Assembly (NCBI GenBank): GCA_945890645.1
Contig: CAMDCV010000016.1
Location: 19,028-83,027, forward strand
Direction: 5' to 3'
Origin: Akkermansia muciniphila
GTDB lineage: Bacteria > Verrucomicrobiota > Verrucomicrobiia > Verrucomicrobiales > Akkermansiaceae
DNA length: 64,000 nt
The notes beneath the pieces are model-generated. The model had not been told where the DNA came from. It was given only the letters and a program-made list of their open reading frames with translations, and did no database searches. Positions 44,601-52,336 of this stretch are shown here, one piece after another. The position numbers were made by a program, and so were the translations under genes. Each line of letters begins with the position of its first letter. Position 1 is the stretch's first letter.

Positions 44601-45187
44601 CCCGACTCGATTTTCCAATCATCTTGGCCACCGATGTGAGAGAGTTTCAAATCTTTAGAACTCGCGATCAGTTCATCACTGCGGTGAATGAGCAACTCTT
44701 CGATGTGAGCATCCACATCGTACGCCGAGGTTACCGCATGATTGGTGCGTAGCAGTTCGACTACCTTGCGAATGTCGAAAGGTAGCTCAGGCTCTGGCTC
44801 GGATGGTGTGGGAAATTTTCGATTAAGATCCATCTCGACTTTGATGCCACTCACTCGAATGCCTCGCACTTTTCCGTCTAACAACTCCCTCAATTGATAG
44901 CGCAGTTCGAGGTCACTAATGTACAAGTCAACAATCGGGCCGCCGACGAGTTGGATTTCATGGAGCGTAAGACCGCCCAACACAGTGCCGCGAACCTTCA
45001 TCTCGATGGTCATGGACTGCTTCTCAAGGTAATGCTGTGAAATGTGCGGCAGCAACCAGCGAATTCCCGGGCCATTCAGCCAAACGAGGAACACTAAAAA
45101 CAACAACAGCAAAATCCCCACACGACGCAGCCATTTGCGGCGTTTGCGAGGAACAGCGAGGGAGGGAGTTTCAGTGTCTGTGCTCAA
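41687..45187 (-). CDS. tamB: translocation and assembly module protein TamB (DUF490)
   Basis: 1166 aa with an N-terminal membrane anchor RRVGILLLLFLVFLVWL and a long beta-rich body. The C-terminal DUF490-like region contains LLSSEPPLPENEIMTLLATGTTT. Confidence 0.85.
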   Translation of the reverse strand: MSTDTETPSLAVPRKRRKWLRRVGILLLLFLVFLVWLNGPGIRWLLPHISQHYLEKQSMTIEMKVRGTVLGGLTLHEIQLVGGPIVDLYISDLELRYQLRELLDGKVRGIRVSGIKVEMDLNRKFPTPSEPEPELPFDIRKVVELLRTNHAVTSAYDVDAHIEELLIHRSDELIASSKDLKLSHIGGQDDWKIESGDWQLPEKRNIPGQTLEVTWLPDRFLIEQFRYDDTLRFENIQFSAPENLRPSLQLRLGVAESLFDLQTTEDFQRIDLLMTGQPWSLTQLQPYLTEPLPAQGNITALTLRVEPENLPIFGDASPPPMLFDLSLQTKMQALQWQQWKLDDIDLTLTKVAEKGDLVARIAGYEGVVDAKAQVLWNQNPTAKEEWQRASVVCDVGIPELKNLLENLSPQLGIKRPLDAVAPPASALRVQGSMRIDGSTIGPLDAQIDVKSLDQKHPSLSVTARSPQGKNFTFEGGSGALQAKGSLETEAMKYSAEVSVKELDPQVYQPWVAWLGTELPQGMNASVKWQGSGLIKENLHTGEAMIEAFTWKRTGSDDLKASGRAAYDWPRKADVENLQVNMGDQQARMNLTWENHRFELRELELRKNDQMLVRGTASIPVAESVKSARDFFQQTQELKVSLSSEALPLTTAEQWMKPEAKLPMTGTAKIDLQITGSPAQPAISGNLQFKDVESRARSDLPAFNLSVDLHTLPNKISVSGLLLTARTAPMQLKAEMPFRPGAWAEDVQLIEGEKINARVDIPELDLSRFQDLVPQVKQLTGMINGHILIDGTVKAPRINGTLAMKNFSTRLPNEKIPPITNGSLNLTFTDHLVKLEKLSLQLAGGNIVVQGVADLKEPKKPNLDFTLRGDALPLWRDDAVIARANANLRMAGPWDLVRTSGEIGLIDSVFYKDFEIIPIGKPFTLPQAASLPALDTKLESKANALPLPFANWPLAVTLKTNDPFLVRGNLARGSITGLIKVGGTWGNPQPVGETVIQDLVASLPLSKLTLTSGKMRFTAAAGLDPLLDIRGASRVSNYDVSMYVYGPVSAPKILLSSEPPLPENEIMTLLATGTTTAGLTDQDAAQGKATQLLIEEFRRGRLPLGRRLMPLLSKLEDVELAVGEPDPYTGKKYASAKMPLFSRYFLYGAVDALGRTRTLFMFEVKMK

Positions 45188-45527
45188 AAGGACATCTCGA
45201 CTCTGTCACACTCCACGCTCAAATCAAGCTCGGCGTTGTTAAATCATCAGCCAACGACCATGGTATCAATGCAGAATCTTTGGGGTTAGTCCTCGAATAG
45301 TAACATTATGATTTTTCGTTAGAAGGACAATCCTCAAGAATAATCCTGAATTATCACGATGTTTGGGCAAATTTACGAGAAATTTCTGGATTGCCAGTCT
45401 TGCAAACGACACTTAACGGTGGCAAATACAGTCAACGGGAAAATGGTGAGGTAAGGTTGATTTTTCACACACTGAAATCGTACCTCATCCGGCTTTTCGT
45501 CTAACAATATCAACGAAAATCGCCTTA

Positions 45528-46898
45528 ATGCCGTGCCATTTGGGACTGACCCTAAAGATGACCCCAAAGATGAGTGAAAAACCCCCGTGCGAAAACAGCG
45601 CAGCGACAACTTCCTGTGACGGCGTGGCCAAACGCCCGCTGCCATGGTTGGCGGCGCTGCTACTGCTCGTCCCGCAGTTGCTTTTTTCTTCTCAAGAATA
45701 TCGTCTCTGTTGTTGGCTTGTGGCTTGCTTGGCGGCGGTCTATTTGTCGCGGCGGAGCTTGGGCTGCCAACTGCAAAAATCCGGCTGGCCGGGACGGGTT
45801 TTTCTTGCCGGTCTGTTGATCGCCCACAGTGCTTCATGGCTCGGGGGCGTTCTGCATGGCGAATTGTGGTGGCTGGCCACGATCCGGGCACTGGCGGGTT
45901 TCACCGCCGTGGTCGGCTTGCTGGTGTTTATCAACCTGCTGTTGGAACCGCGTTGGGTGCATTCACTGAAAAAAACCGTAGTTGCCCTGCTGGTCATGCT
46001 GCTGGCGGGATCGTTCGCGGGATACTTTTTTTGTTTTGAACGCTTCGTCTCGATGGGAGAATTTGTGAAGTACTTCAATGAGACACGCATGATGTTGATC
46101 TGGCCGACGCGGATGCTGGCCATGCCGATCGGCCAGATTTTTTGGGAGCACACCAACTATGCTGCCTTCTACTTTGCGTTGGCCCTGCTGATGATCCTAG
46201 AATACTTGGCAAACGGCGGCAAAGGCCGCTCATGGTGGTGGTTCTGCGGCCTACTTACCATCGGAGTGTTTCTCACCGCCTCGCGCGGCGGTTGGCTGAT
46301 GGTGGCTACGGCACTGCCGTTCATCCTAGTGCGACGCGGCATTCCGTTTTCCCTGAAAACAATCGGGCTGTTGGGCGCGGCGATCGGCTGCGGATTTGTC
46401 TGCTTGAAAATAAAAGTCGCTGTTTCCCCGCCATCGGCTCTACAGTCAGCAGAATTGATCGCAACTCACGGCAGTGCTCTGGTCGAGCGCGGTAGCTCTG
46501 GCCGTATCGGCGGCTACATAGCGCTATGGCACGAGCTGGAACAATCGCGTCTGCTCGGTCAGGGGCTGGCGGCCAGCGGCAAAAAAATGGGCGAACACGA
46601 GCACGAGCATTCCATCTTTCTGGCGACTGTTCGCGGCGGCGGATTGATTTCTTTGGCGGCACATTTCATGGTGGTCGGCAGTGCCTTCTGGGCGGCGTTT
46701 GCCTTGCTCAGACGCGGATTACGCTGGCCTGCCGTGTTGCTGGCCACGGTGCTCAGCGGCTTGTTGTTTGATCGAAGCACCGTGTTCTCAATCACTGGCA
46801 ACTACGAGTTCATCGCTCACTGGGTCGCGGTGCTGCTGCCGCTGATTTTGTTATCCCGGCCAGAATCCGTGCAGGGCACGACTGCTTCCGGCGCGTGA
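45528..46898 (+). CDS. O-antigen ligase family (Wzy_C) membrane protein
   Basis: About 10 TM helices. The characteristic loop is IGVFLTASRGGWLMVATALPFIL. The exact start is uncertain because there are several in-frame Met codons. Confidence 0.75.
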   Translation: MPCHLGLTLKMTPKMSEKPPCENSAATTSCDGVAKRPLPWLAALLLLVPQLLFSSQEYRLCCWLVACLAAVYLSRRSLGCQLQKSGWPGRVFLAGLLIAHSASWLGGVLHGELWWLATIRALAGFTAVVGLLVFINLLLEPRWVHSLKKTVVALLVMLLAGSFAGYFFCFERFVSMGEFVKYFNETRMMLIWPTRMLAMPIGQIFWEHTNYAAFYFALALLMILEYLANGGKGRSWWWFCGLLTIGVFLTASRGGWLMVATALPFILVRRGIPFSLKTIGLLGAAIGCGFVCLKIKVAVSPPSALQSAELIATHGSALVERGSSGRIGGYIALWHELEQSRLLGQGLAASGKKMGEHEHEHSIFLATVRGGGLISLAAHFMVVGSAFWAAFALLRRGLRWPAVLLATVLSGLLFDRSTVFSITGNYEFIAHWVAVLLPLILLSRPESVQGTTASGA

Positions 46899-46907
46899 CA
46901 ACAAAAA

Positions 46908-46940
46908 GACTGGAGATTGCTCTCCGGTCCTTTGTTCTTG
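46908..46940 (+). terminator. probable intrinsic terminator after the O-antigen-ligase-family gene
   Basis: GACTGGAGA (46908-46916), loop TTGC, then TCTCCGGTC (46921-46929). This is 9 bp including one G-T pair and can be extended with a mismatch and bulge to 46900/46936. It is followed by the T-rich CTTTGTTCTTG and begins 10 nt after the stop. Confidence 0.45.
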
Positions 46941-47089
46941 TAGCGATTCTCCGCAGTAGTGGTTGGTATGAACCGAGGACATCACAGAGGTTAGTCCTCA
47001 CGCGGAAACCTTTAATTTTCTGTTAGGCTAACAGGTTTTGTGAATTTGAATGAATTTTCGCGCAATCTCTTGATTTTTCTTTCTTCATC

Positions 47090-47230
47090 GCCATGCCCTG
47101 CGATGCGGGGTACGAGGGATTTTTTTAGGGGATTTAACCTAGGGTAGATCTGATCGGGCAACCCTGGGTTTTGTTATGCAATGCCGTTGGCGTAGTGAGG
47201 TGCGATGATAAGAGTGGGTTTGTGCATGGC
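47090..47230 (+). repeat. structured ~140-nt repeat element, copy 2 (candidate sRNA or REP/MITE-like element)
   Basis: Closing helix GCCATG (47090-47095) / CATGGC (47225-47230). The three hairpins are CCCTGC-gat-GCGGGG (47096-47110), CCTAGGGT...ACCCTGGG (47138-47168) and ATGCC-gtt-GGCGT (47181-47193). It has the same order and blocks as the reverse complement of 19604-19737. Confidence 0.6.
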
Positions 47231-47534
47231 TTACTTTTTCTCCTGACTCACGGCGAGGTGTTTTTTCCATCCTGCGATGGAGGCTGTGACACCGCAGCCG
47301 CTCAGGGAACAGTCTCCGAAATGCTAAGGGCCAAGGCCGTGGTAAAGTAATTCGGATTCTGTTGAAATCTGTTATTGCATTAGTGCTTATCACGAGTAAT
47401 TTTCATGAGCTTAGATTTTAGTCGTTTTTTACTACTGTTAGTATAAACTACACTAACAAGTAACCAAATCTCAATATGAATCTCATCCTAATAAAGTTAC
47501 TAACGAAGCAATTAATTTCCAACTTTCCTCTCTT

Positions 47535-48293
47535 TTGAAATCAAACATCCTCCCATTATTATCAGTCACCAGTCTCTCCTGTCTACCACTTGCCCATGCG
47601 GCGATCAGCACGGCTGTCACTATGGACGTGACTGTGGACACACGTAGCATCATCAACGACCCTCCATATGCCAACCCCACGGCGATTGTCACAGATGCCG
47701 TATCACGACAAGTTACACTCACAGCCAATGCGGGTGATACGGACGGTACCATTGCAGGCTATTTGTGGACGTGGTCTGGAGGTTCTTCGACGAGCGCCTC
47801 GCCCATCATTACGTTGCCATACGGTAGCCATGAAATTTCGCTTGTTGTCACTGATGACTTTGGGGCGACCACCAGCGCAACAGTAAGCATTAACTTGTTT
47901 CCACTCGCTACGGTGGACAGCGATGCAGATGGCCTCAATGATTTGGTTGAATATACGCTCCGTGATCAAGGGTTCAATTGGAATCTGTCGCAGCCTCATC
48001 TCGCCGAGGCATTAACTACTGCGGGGCTAGTGTCGCGCGCCGATCTCGCCGCGGAGGGTTATTACGATCTTGCGGGAATGCGGGTTCTTCAAGTTCCTGC
48101 TCCTGTTATTGCGCGAGATGCCATTACGGGCAAGGTAAAGCTGTTGATTGGCATCCAACAATCGACAAATTTGAGTCTGTTTACCGCACTTCCCGCGAGT
48201 GATTCCCAACTCAGCGTTACCCCTCTGGGCGAGATACTGTTTGAATTCGATGCGCCCGCTGGTTCCGGCTTCTTCCGCATTCAAGCAAAGTAG
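47535..48293 (+). CDS. secreted protein with PKD-like domain and a thrombospondin-type-3-like Asp-rich loop
   Basis: Signal peptide (TTG start) LLSVTSLSCLPLAHA. PKD-like VTLTANAGDTDGTIAGYLWTWSGG...HEISLVVTDDFGATTSATVSI. Calcium-loop-like DSDADGLNDLVEY. Confidence 0.7.
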   Translation: MKSNILPLLSVTSLSCLPLAHAAISTAVTMDVTVDTRSIINDPPYANPTAIVTDAVSRQVTLTANAGDTDGTIAGYLWTWSGGSSTSASPIITLPYGSHEISLVVTDDFGATTSATVSINLFPLATVDSDADGLNDLVEYTLRDQGFNWNLSQPHLAEALTTAGLVSRADLAAEGYYDLAGMRVLQVPAPVIARDAITGKVKLLIGIQQSTNLSLFTALPASDSQLSVTPLGEILFEFDAPAGSGFFRIQAK

Positions 48294-48333
48294 AACCAGT
48301 CTTCGCGTCAAAACTCTCCACATCAACAGATTC

Positions 48334-50382
48334 ATGAAAACATTCAAAATTGCAATTTCAACTCTTCTAACACTCATTTGTTTGCCAATCCTTGCGGCAA
48401 CTGACCCAGTGATTACTAATCTTACTGCGATTCAGCGCGCAGGAACCCAACTGGTGGACATCCACTACGACCTGAATGCTGTAACTGCCCAAGTGACAAC
48501 AAGCCTGAGAATTTCCAATGATAGTGGAGAAACCTTTACTGTGCCTGTTACGACGTTAAGCGGTGACATCGGAGCTGGTACGTCCGTAAGTAATGGGAAA
48601 ATGATCACATGGAATGCGGGTGCTGATTGGCCAGAACAATTCAGCCAATCCATGCGCTTCGAGGTGACCGCAGATGATGGACTGGCAGCCATCATTTACA
48701 CAGCTGAAGCGGAAGAGTATTTTGCCCGTGCTGGTGTAACCGATGCATACTCAAAATATTCGATCAACGAGTTTGTCAAAGGCGCAAAACAACTCGGCAT
48801 CTGGGACAAGCTCGTTTACGTTCCGTGCCTCCCCTCCATGGGAGGACTCCACCAAATCGGTGGCGCAGCTCAGCGCACCAATACATCATGGACACTCGTT
48901 AATGCGTCCTCGGTTCCAGAAGGCGTAGCCATCACTCTCAATGGATTAAGCAATCATTTGCTCTCGGATCAAGCGGTCGATAATGTCTCGAATCCTGTAG
49001 CTTGGGGGAGTTTTTCCTGTCAGACCACGACCCCGAAGTTTCAGTGGTTTGACTACTCTACGATAAGTCGTGCTGGCGGAACAGTACGGAATGTTGGGCA
49101 AGAGTTTTGGTCAAACCCTCATCGAGTCAATTTGCGGTATGCCCATAATAGTTTCATGTCTGCAACCGCGCTTACTGGATTAAGTTTTGGCTACAACAAC
49201 TACAAAAACTCTCGCTTGATGGCGATCGATAGCACCAATGGTTCGTCCACATTTGGTGCAATATGTGATGAGGCTGTGGAGGCTCGAACCCTCGGCAGTG
49301 CTGTCAATTACAACAGCGCAGCGAGATTGCGCTTTTATCCTGCGGTGAATCAATACTCCACCGGAACTGGTTGGGTACAGGGAGCGTTTCTCTATTACGG
49401 GGCTTTCACGGAGGCTGGTTATGAGGCTTGGGGAAAATTCCGCGCGCTCGTAGCACAAACGTTTTTGAGTGGGGGGGTCGGTCATAGACGTTTGTTGCTC
49501 TCTGGACAAAGCAATGCGGCGGGAAATCTCGCGTTGGAAATCTCGCGCCAATCTACCGAGGATTTTGGCATGTTCAGCGTTTTCAACACTGGTATTGGGG
49601 GGAATCCGATTTCAACTTGGATTGGAAATATAGGTAATAATTCACGAACCGCTAGCTATCGCGGTCAAGCTGGTGGATTGTGGAGCGACATGCCGACACA
49701 GCCAGCATTTCAAAAATCTCGGCTAATGGGTATTGGCAAATCGCAGGAATATCTCGTGTGGTTTCAAGGAGAAAGTGATACGGAAACTGCTGAAACTGCC
49801 GCAGCCTATCGAACGCAGCTTAATACTCTGATAAACTATATCCGCACAGATACAGGCAATCCTTACCTCAAAGTCATCGTGGTACAAATCGATTACAATT
49901 ATACCATACGCGATAACAACTCTGGTGGATTCCACAGCAATCTGGCGCTCACTGGAGTAACAGGCGCACTTAGCGCGCTGAACGGCGCATATACCATAAG
50001 CACGCTCACGAGTCACACAGACCCTTACGTGTGGACAAAGGCAGGCTACAAGGTAGAAGAACAAAATAACCGCTGGGTTTTTGTCGAGACAGAAGGAAAT
50101 ACCGTGGTCGCCTCTGCCGTACAAACAAACTTGCCGCATCCTGCCATGGTAACAAACTGGGTTGACTCCAGCAACAACACTATCGCCCTATCATTCGGCG
50201 TAGGAAATCGCACCGAATGGACCGAGCGCGTCCGTTACGCACAAAGGGAAATCGTTAACGACCTCCCCAACGTCTATACCATTGACTCTCGCGGCTATGA
50301 AAGGGCGGATAATGTCCATCTTACCGGAGCGGCCCACATTTCATTCGCTACGGCTTTGAATGCTTATCTGTTAACGCTCTAG
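48334..50382 (+). CDS. secreted protein: Ig-like N-terminal domain plus C-terminal sialate-O-acetylesterase-like (SGNH/DUF303) domain
   Basis: Signal peptide MKTFKIAISTLLTLICLPILA at ATG 48334. C-terminal motifs LLLSGQSNAAGN, VWFQGESDTE and DNVHLTGAAH match the GQSN / QGExD / D..H pattern of SASA-type esterases. Confidence 0.7.
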   Translation: MKTFKIAISTLLTLICLPILAATDPVITNLTAIQRAGTQLVDIHYDLNAVTAQVTTSLRISNDSGETFTVPVTTLSGDIGAGTSVSNGKMITWNAGADWPEQFSQSMRFEVTADDGLAAIIYTAEAEEYFARAGVTDAYSKYSINEFVKGAKQLGIWDKLVYVPCLPSMGGLHQIGGAAQRTNTSWTLVNASSVPEGVAITLNGLSNHLLSDQAVDNVSNPVAWGSFSCQTTTPKFQWFDYSTISRAGGTVRNVGQEFWSNPHRVNLRYAHNSFMSATALTGLSFGYNNYKNSRLMAIDSTNGSSTFGAICDEAVEARTLGSAVNYNSAARLRFYPAVNQYSTGTGWVQGAFLYYGAFTEAGYEAWGKFRALVAQTFLSGGVGHRRLLLSGQSNAAGNLALEISRQSTEDFGMFSVFNTGIGGNPISTWIGNIGNNSRTASYRGQAGGLWSDMPTQPAFQKSRLMGIGKSQEYLVWFQGESDTETAETAAAYRTQLNTLINYIRTDTGNPYLKVIVVQIDYNYTIRDNNSGGFHSNLALTGVTGALSALNGAYTISTLTSHTDPYVWTKAGYKVEEQNNRWVFVETEGNTVVASAVQTNLPHPAMVTNWVDSSNNTIALSFGVGNRTEWTERVRYAQREIVNDLPNVYTIDSRGYERADNVHLTGAAHISFATALNAYLLTL

Positions 50383-50488
50383 AAACTGCACCACATTGGT
50401 CCTCGTGCCGTTACATTTATATGCTCTATCGATCTAATAAAATTTGTGAGCCCGACAGTAATTTTTGTTTTTCTCCCCGGCCCGTTCT

Positions 50489-51322
50489 TTATTTTTGATC
50501 AGCACTCGCAGCCACAATTTTTTTCCACGCCTCCATGGAGCGGGTGAGGTTTTGCTTTGGGTCGATCTTGATGTTGAAGCATTGCAAGCCGATGGGGCCG
50601 TTGTAGGAGAGTTTGTTGAGGTGGCGGAGCAAGTTGGCTTGGTCAAAAGTGCCTTCGTCGAGCGGGCGGATGAGAGTGTTCCAGTCCTTGCCATCCGCAT
50701 CCGCGCCGCAAATGCTAACGCTCCAGAGCATAGGCTTGGCGGCGGTGAGTGTGGCTTCGAGATCATCGCCGGGCTGACATTTCAGGAAATGGCAGAGATT
50801 GAAGGCAACGCCGACATTGTCACAGCCCGTGGCTTTGGCGATGCGCAGGGCGTGGTCGATGCGTTCGATGTGAAAGTTGGCATGGGGGTAGAGCACGACT
50901 TTAAGGCCGGCGGCTTTGGCTTGGTCGGCGATTTCTTTCACAAACGCGACGGCTTGTGTGTCGTTGGGATTGGTGCCGCGCTGGACGTTGAGTTCGACGA
51001 GTGCATTTGTTCCTTTGAGCATAGCGATGGCATCGCTGACATTTTTTGCGTAATCGAAACCCTCCGCATTGACCTTGCCGCCGGTGTAGATGCTGAAAAC
51101 TTTCAGGCCTTCTTTTTCGCAGGCGGCTTTGACTCTCGCCAAGTCCTCGGGATAGACCGAGCCGACGCCTTGATAGCCAAGTTCTTTGATAAGTCGCACG
51201 CCTTCGTCCGCGCTAGGAAATCGCATGCCGTTTTGAAACGGATAGAGTGCCGGGGCAGATTTGTCTGCTTTTGCAACTGGGGAGACCATTAAAGAAAGTA
51301 GCAAGACTATGGAGCGAAACAT
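50489..51322 (-). CDS. sugar phosphate isomerase/epimerase (xylose-isomerase-like TIM barrel), secreted
   Basis: Signal peptide, then alternating beta/alpha segments with VVLYPHANFHIE and GVAFNLCHF typical of the AP-endonuclease-2/xylose-isomerase-like fold. The antisense 275-aa ORF was rejected. Confidence 0.75.
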   Translation of the reverse strand: MFRSIVLLLSLMVSPVAKADKSAPALYPFQNGMRFPSADEGVRLIKELGYQGVGSVYPEDLARVKAACEKEGLKVFSIYTGGKVNAEGFDYAKNVSDAIAMLKGTNALVELNVQRGTNPNDTQAVAFVKEIADQAKAAGLKVVLYPHANFHIERIDHALRIAKATGCDNVGVAFNLCHFLKCQPGDDLEATLTAAKPMLWSVSICGADADGKDWNTLIRPLDEGTFDQANLLRHLNKLSYNGPIGLQCFNIKIDPKQNLTRSMEAWKKIVAASADQK

Positions 51323-51442
51323 AGGTTACTTACGATCAGAAGATTCGCATCTGTCATGTTTTCGACAGTAGTCGAGCAGAAGAATTTTTGATAGAAAAAT
51401 GGGATTGACATGTGTCTCATTTGAGAGTATCAATAGTTTCAG

Positions 51443-51877
51443 ATGAAAAGTTCGTTAATCGCTAAAAAATCAAAGGTAGCGTCTGGTGGAAGCCGTAAAG
51501 GGAAATTGACCACTTCCCAATTGATTGCATCGATCAAGTCGGGTTTACCGTATCGCGAGCTTGAAGATTTACGAGTCAGCCTCGATCTGCCTATTGAGAA
51601 TCTGGCGCCCTTGCTGGGTATGTCGAAAGCAACGCTACACCGCCGCAAAATTTCAGGAAAACTTGAGTCTGCGGAATCTGATCGGATCGTGCGGTATTCA
51701 CGCTTATTTGACACGGCTGCCTCTGTGATGGAGTCGAAGGAAGCCGGTCGTCTTTGGTTGAAATCTCCTCAGGTGGGACTAGGCGGGGCGATTCCTTTGG
51801 GGTACGCAGAAACGGAAGTTGGTGCTCGTGAGGTCGAAGATTTGCTCGGTCGCATCGAATTCGGAGTGTATTCTTGA
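51443..51877 (+). CDS. Xre/MbcA/ParS-type antitoxin (DUF2384)
   Basis: HTH-like LAPLLGMSKATLHRRK and the C-terminal DUF2384 pattern AGRLWLKSPQVGLGGAIPLGYAETEVGAREVEDLLGRIEFGVY. It overlaps the RES gene by 4 nt (ATGA). Confidence 0.85.
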   Translation: MKSSLIAKKSKVASGGSRKGKLTTSQLIASIKSGLPYRELEDLRVSLDLPIENLAPLLGMSKATLHRRKISGKLESAESDRIVRYSRLFDTAASVMESKEAGRLWLKSPQVGLGGAIPLGYAETEVGAREVEDLLGRIEFGVYS

Positions 51878-52332
51878 TGATGCGTGCTTGGCGAATCGTA
51901 AAAGAAAAGCATGCGGCCACGGCCTTCGATGGCGAAGGTGCGCGGCTGTATGGCGGGCGATGGAATTCGCGTGGCACGCGTGTCATTTATACAAGTGCTT
52001 CGCTATCACTCGCGGCGCTTGAGAATTTGGTGCATCTCAGGCCGCCTGTGGTATTTCGCTATGTAGCGGTTGCGGTGGAGTTCGATGATCGCTTGGTAGA
52101 ACGAGCTGATACGACAGCCTTGCCAAGGGATTGGAACGAAGAACCGCCGCCACAGGCTGCTCAAGAAATTGGTGATCTTTGGGTGCGCCAGGCTCGCTCT
52201 GTTGTGCTGGAGTTACCGAGCGTTATTATACCGGGAGAGTTCAATTATTTGCTCAATCCTGGCCATCCAGACTTCAAAAAAATTACTATGAGCAAGCCAG
52301 CACTTTTCTCTTTTGATCAGCGCTTGCTATGA
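51874..52332 (+). CDS. RES-domain toxin (NAD+-targeting RES family)
   Basis: AWRIVKEKH...GEGARLYGGRWNSRGTRVIYTSASLSLAALE contains the R...S...E signature of RES domains. Confidence 0.85.
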   Translation: MMMRAWRIVKEKHAATAFDGEGARLYGGRWNSRGTRVIYTSASLSLAALENLVHLRPPVVFRYVAVAVEFDDRLVERADTTALPRDWNEEPPPQAAQEIGDLWVRQARSVVLELPSVIIPGEFNYLLNPGHPDFKKITMSKPALFSFDQRLL

Positions 52333-52336
52333 TGGC

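Noticed and set aside
45284-46999. 11-nt direct repeat GGTTAGTCCTC (45284-45294 and 46989-46999) flanking the O-antigen-ligase-family gene
   Set aside because: Exact 11-mers are expected to recur by chance hundreds of times among all position pairs in 64 kb. There is no extended similarity around either copy.
50465-51292. 275-aa ORF on the plus strand
   Set aside because: It is antisense to the sugar-phosphate isomerase/epimerase gene, which has a signal peptide and a TIM-barrel-like pattern. The plus-strand product is Gly/Ala/Asp/Phe-rich without motifs.
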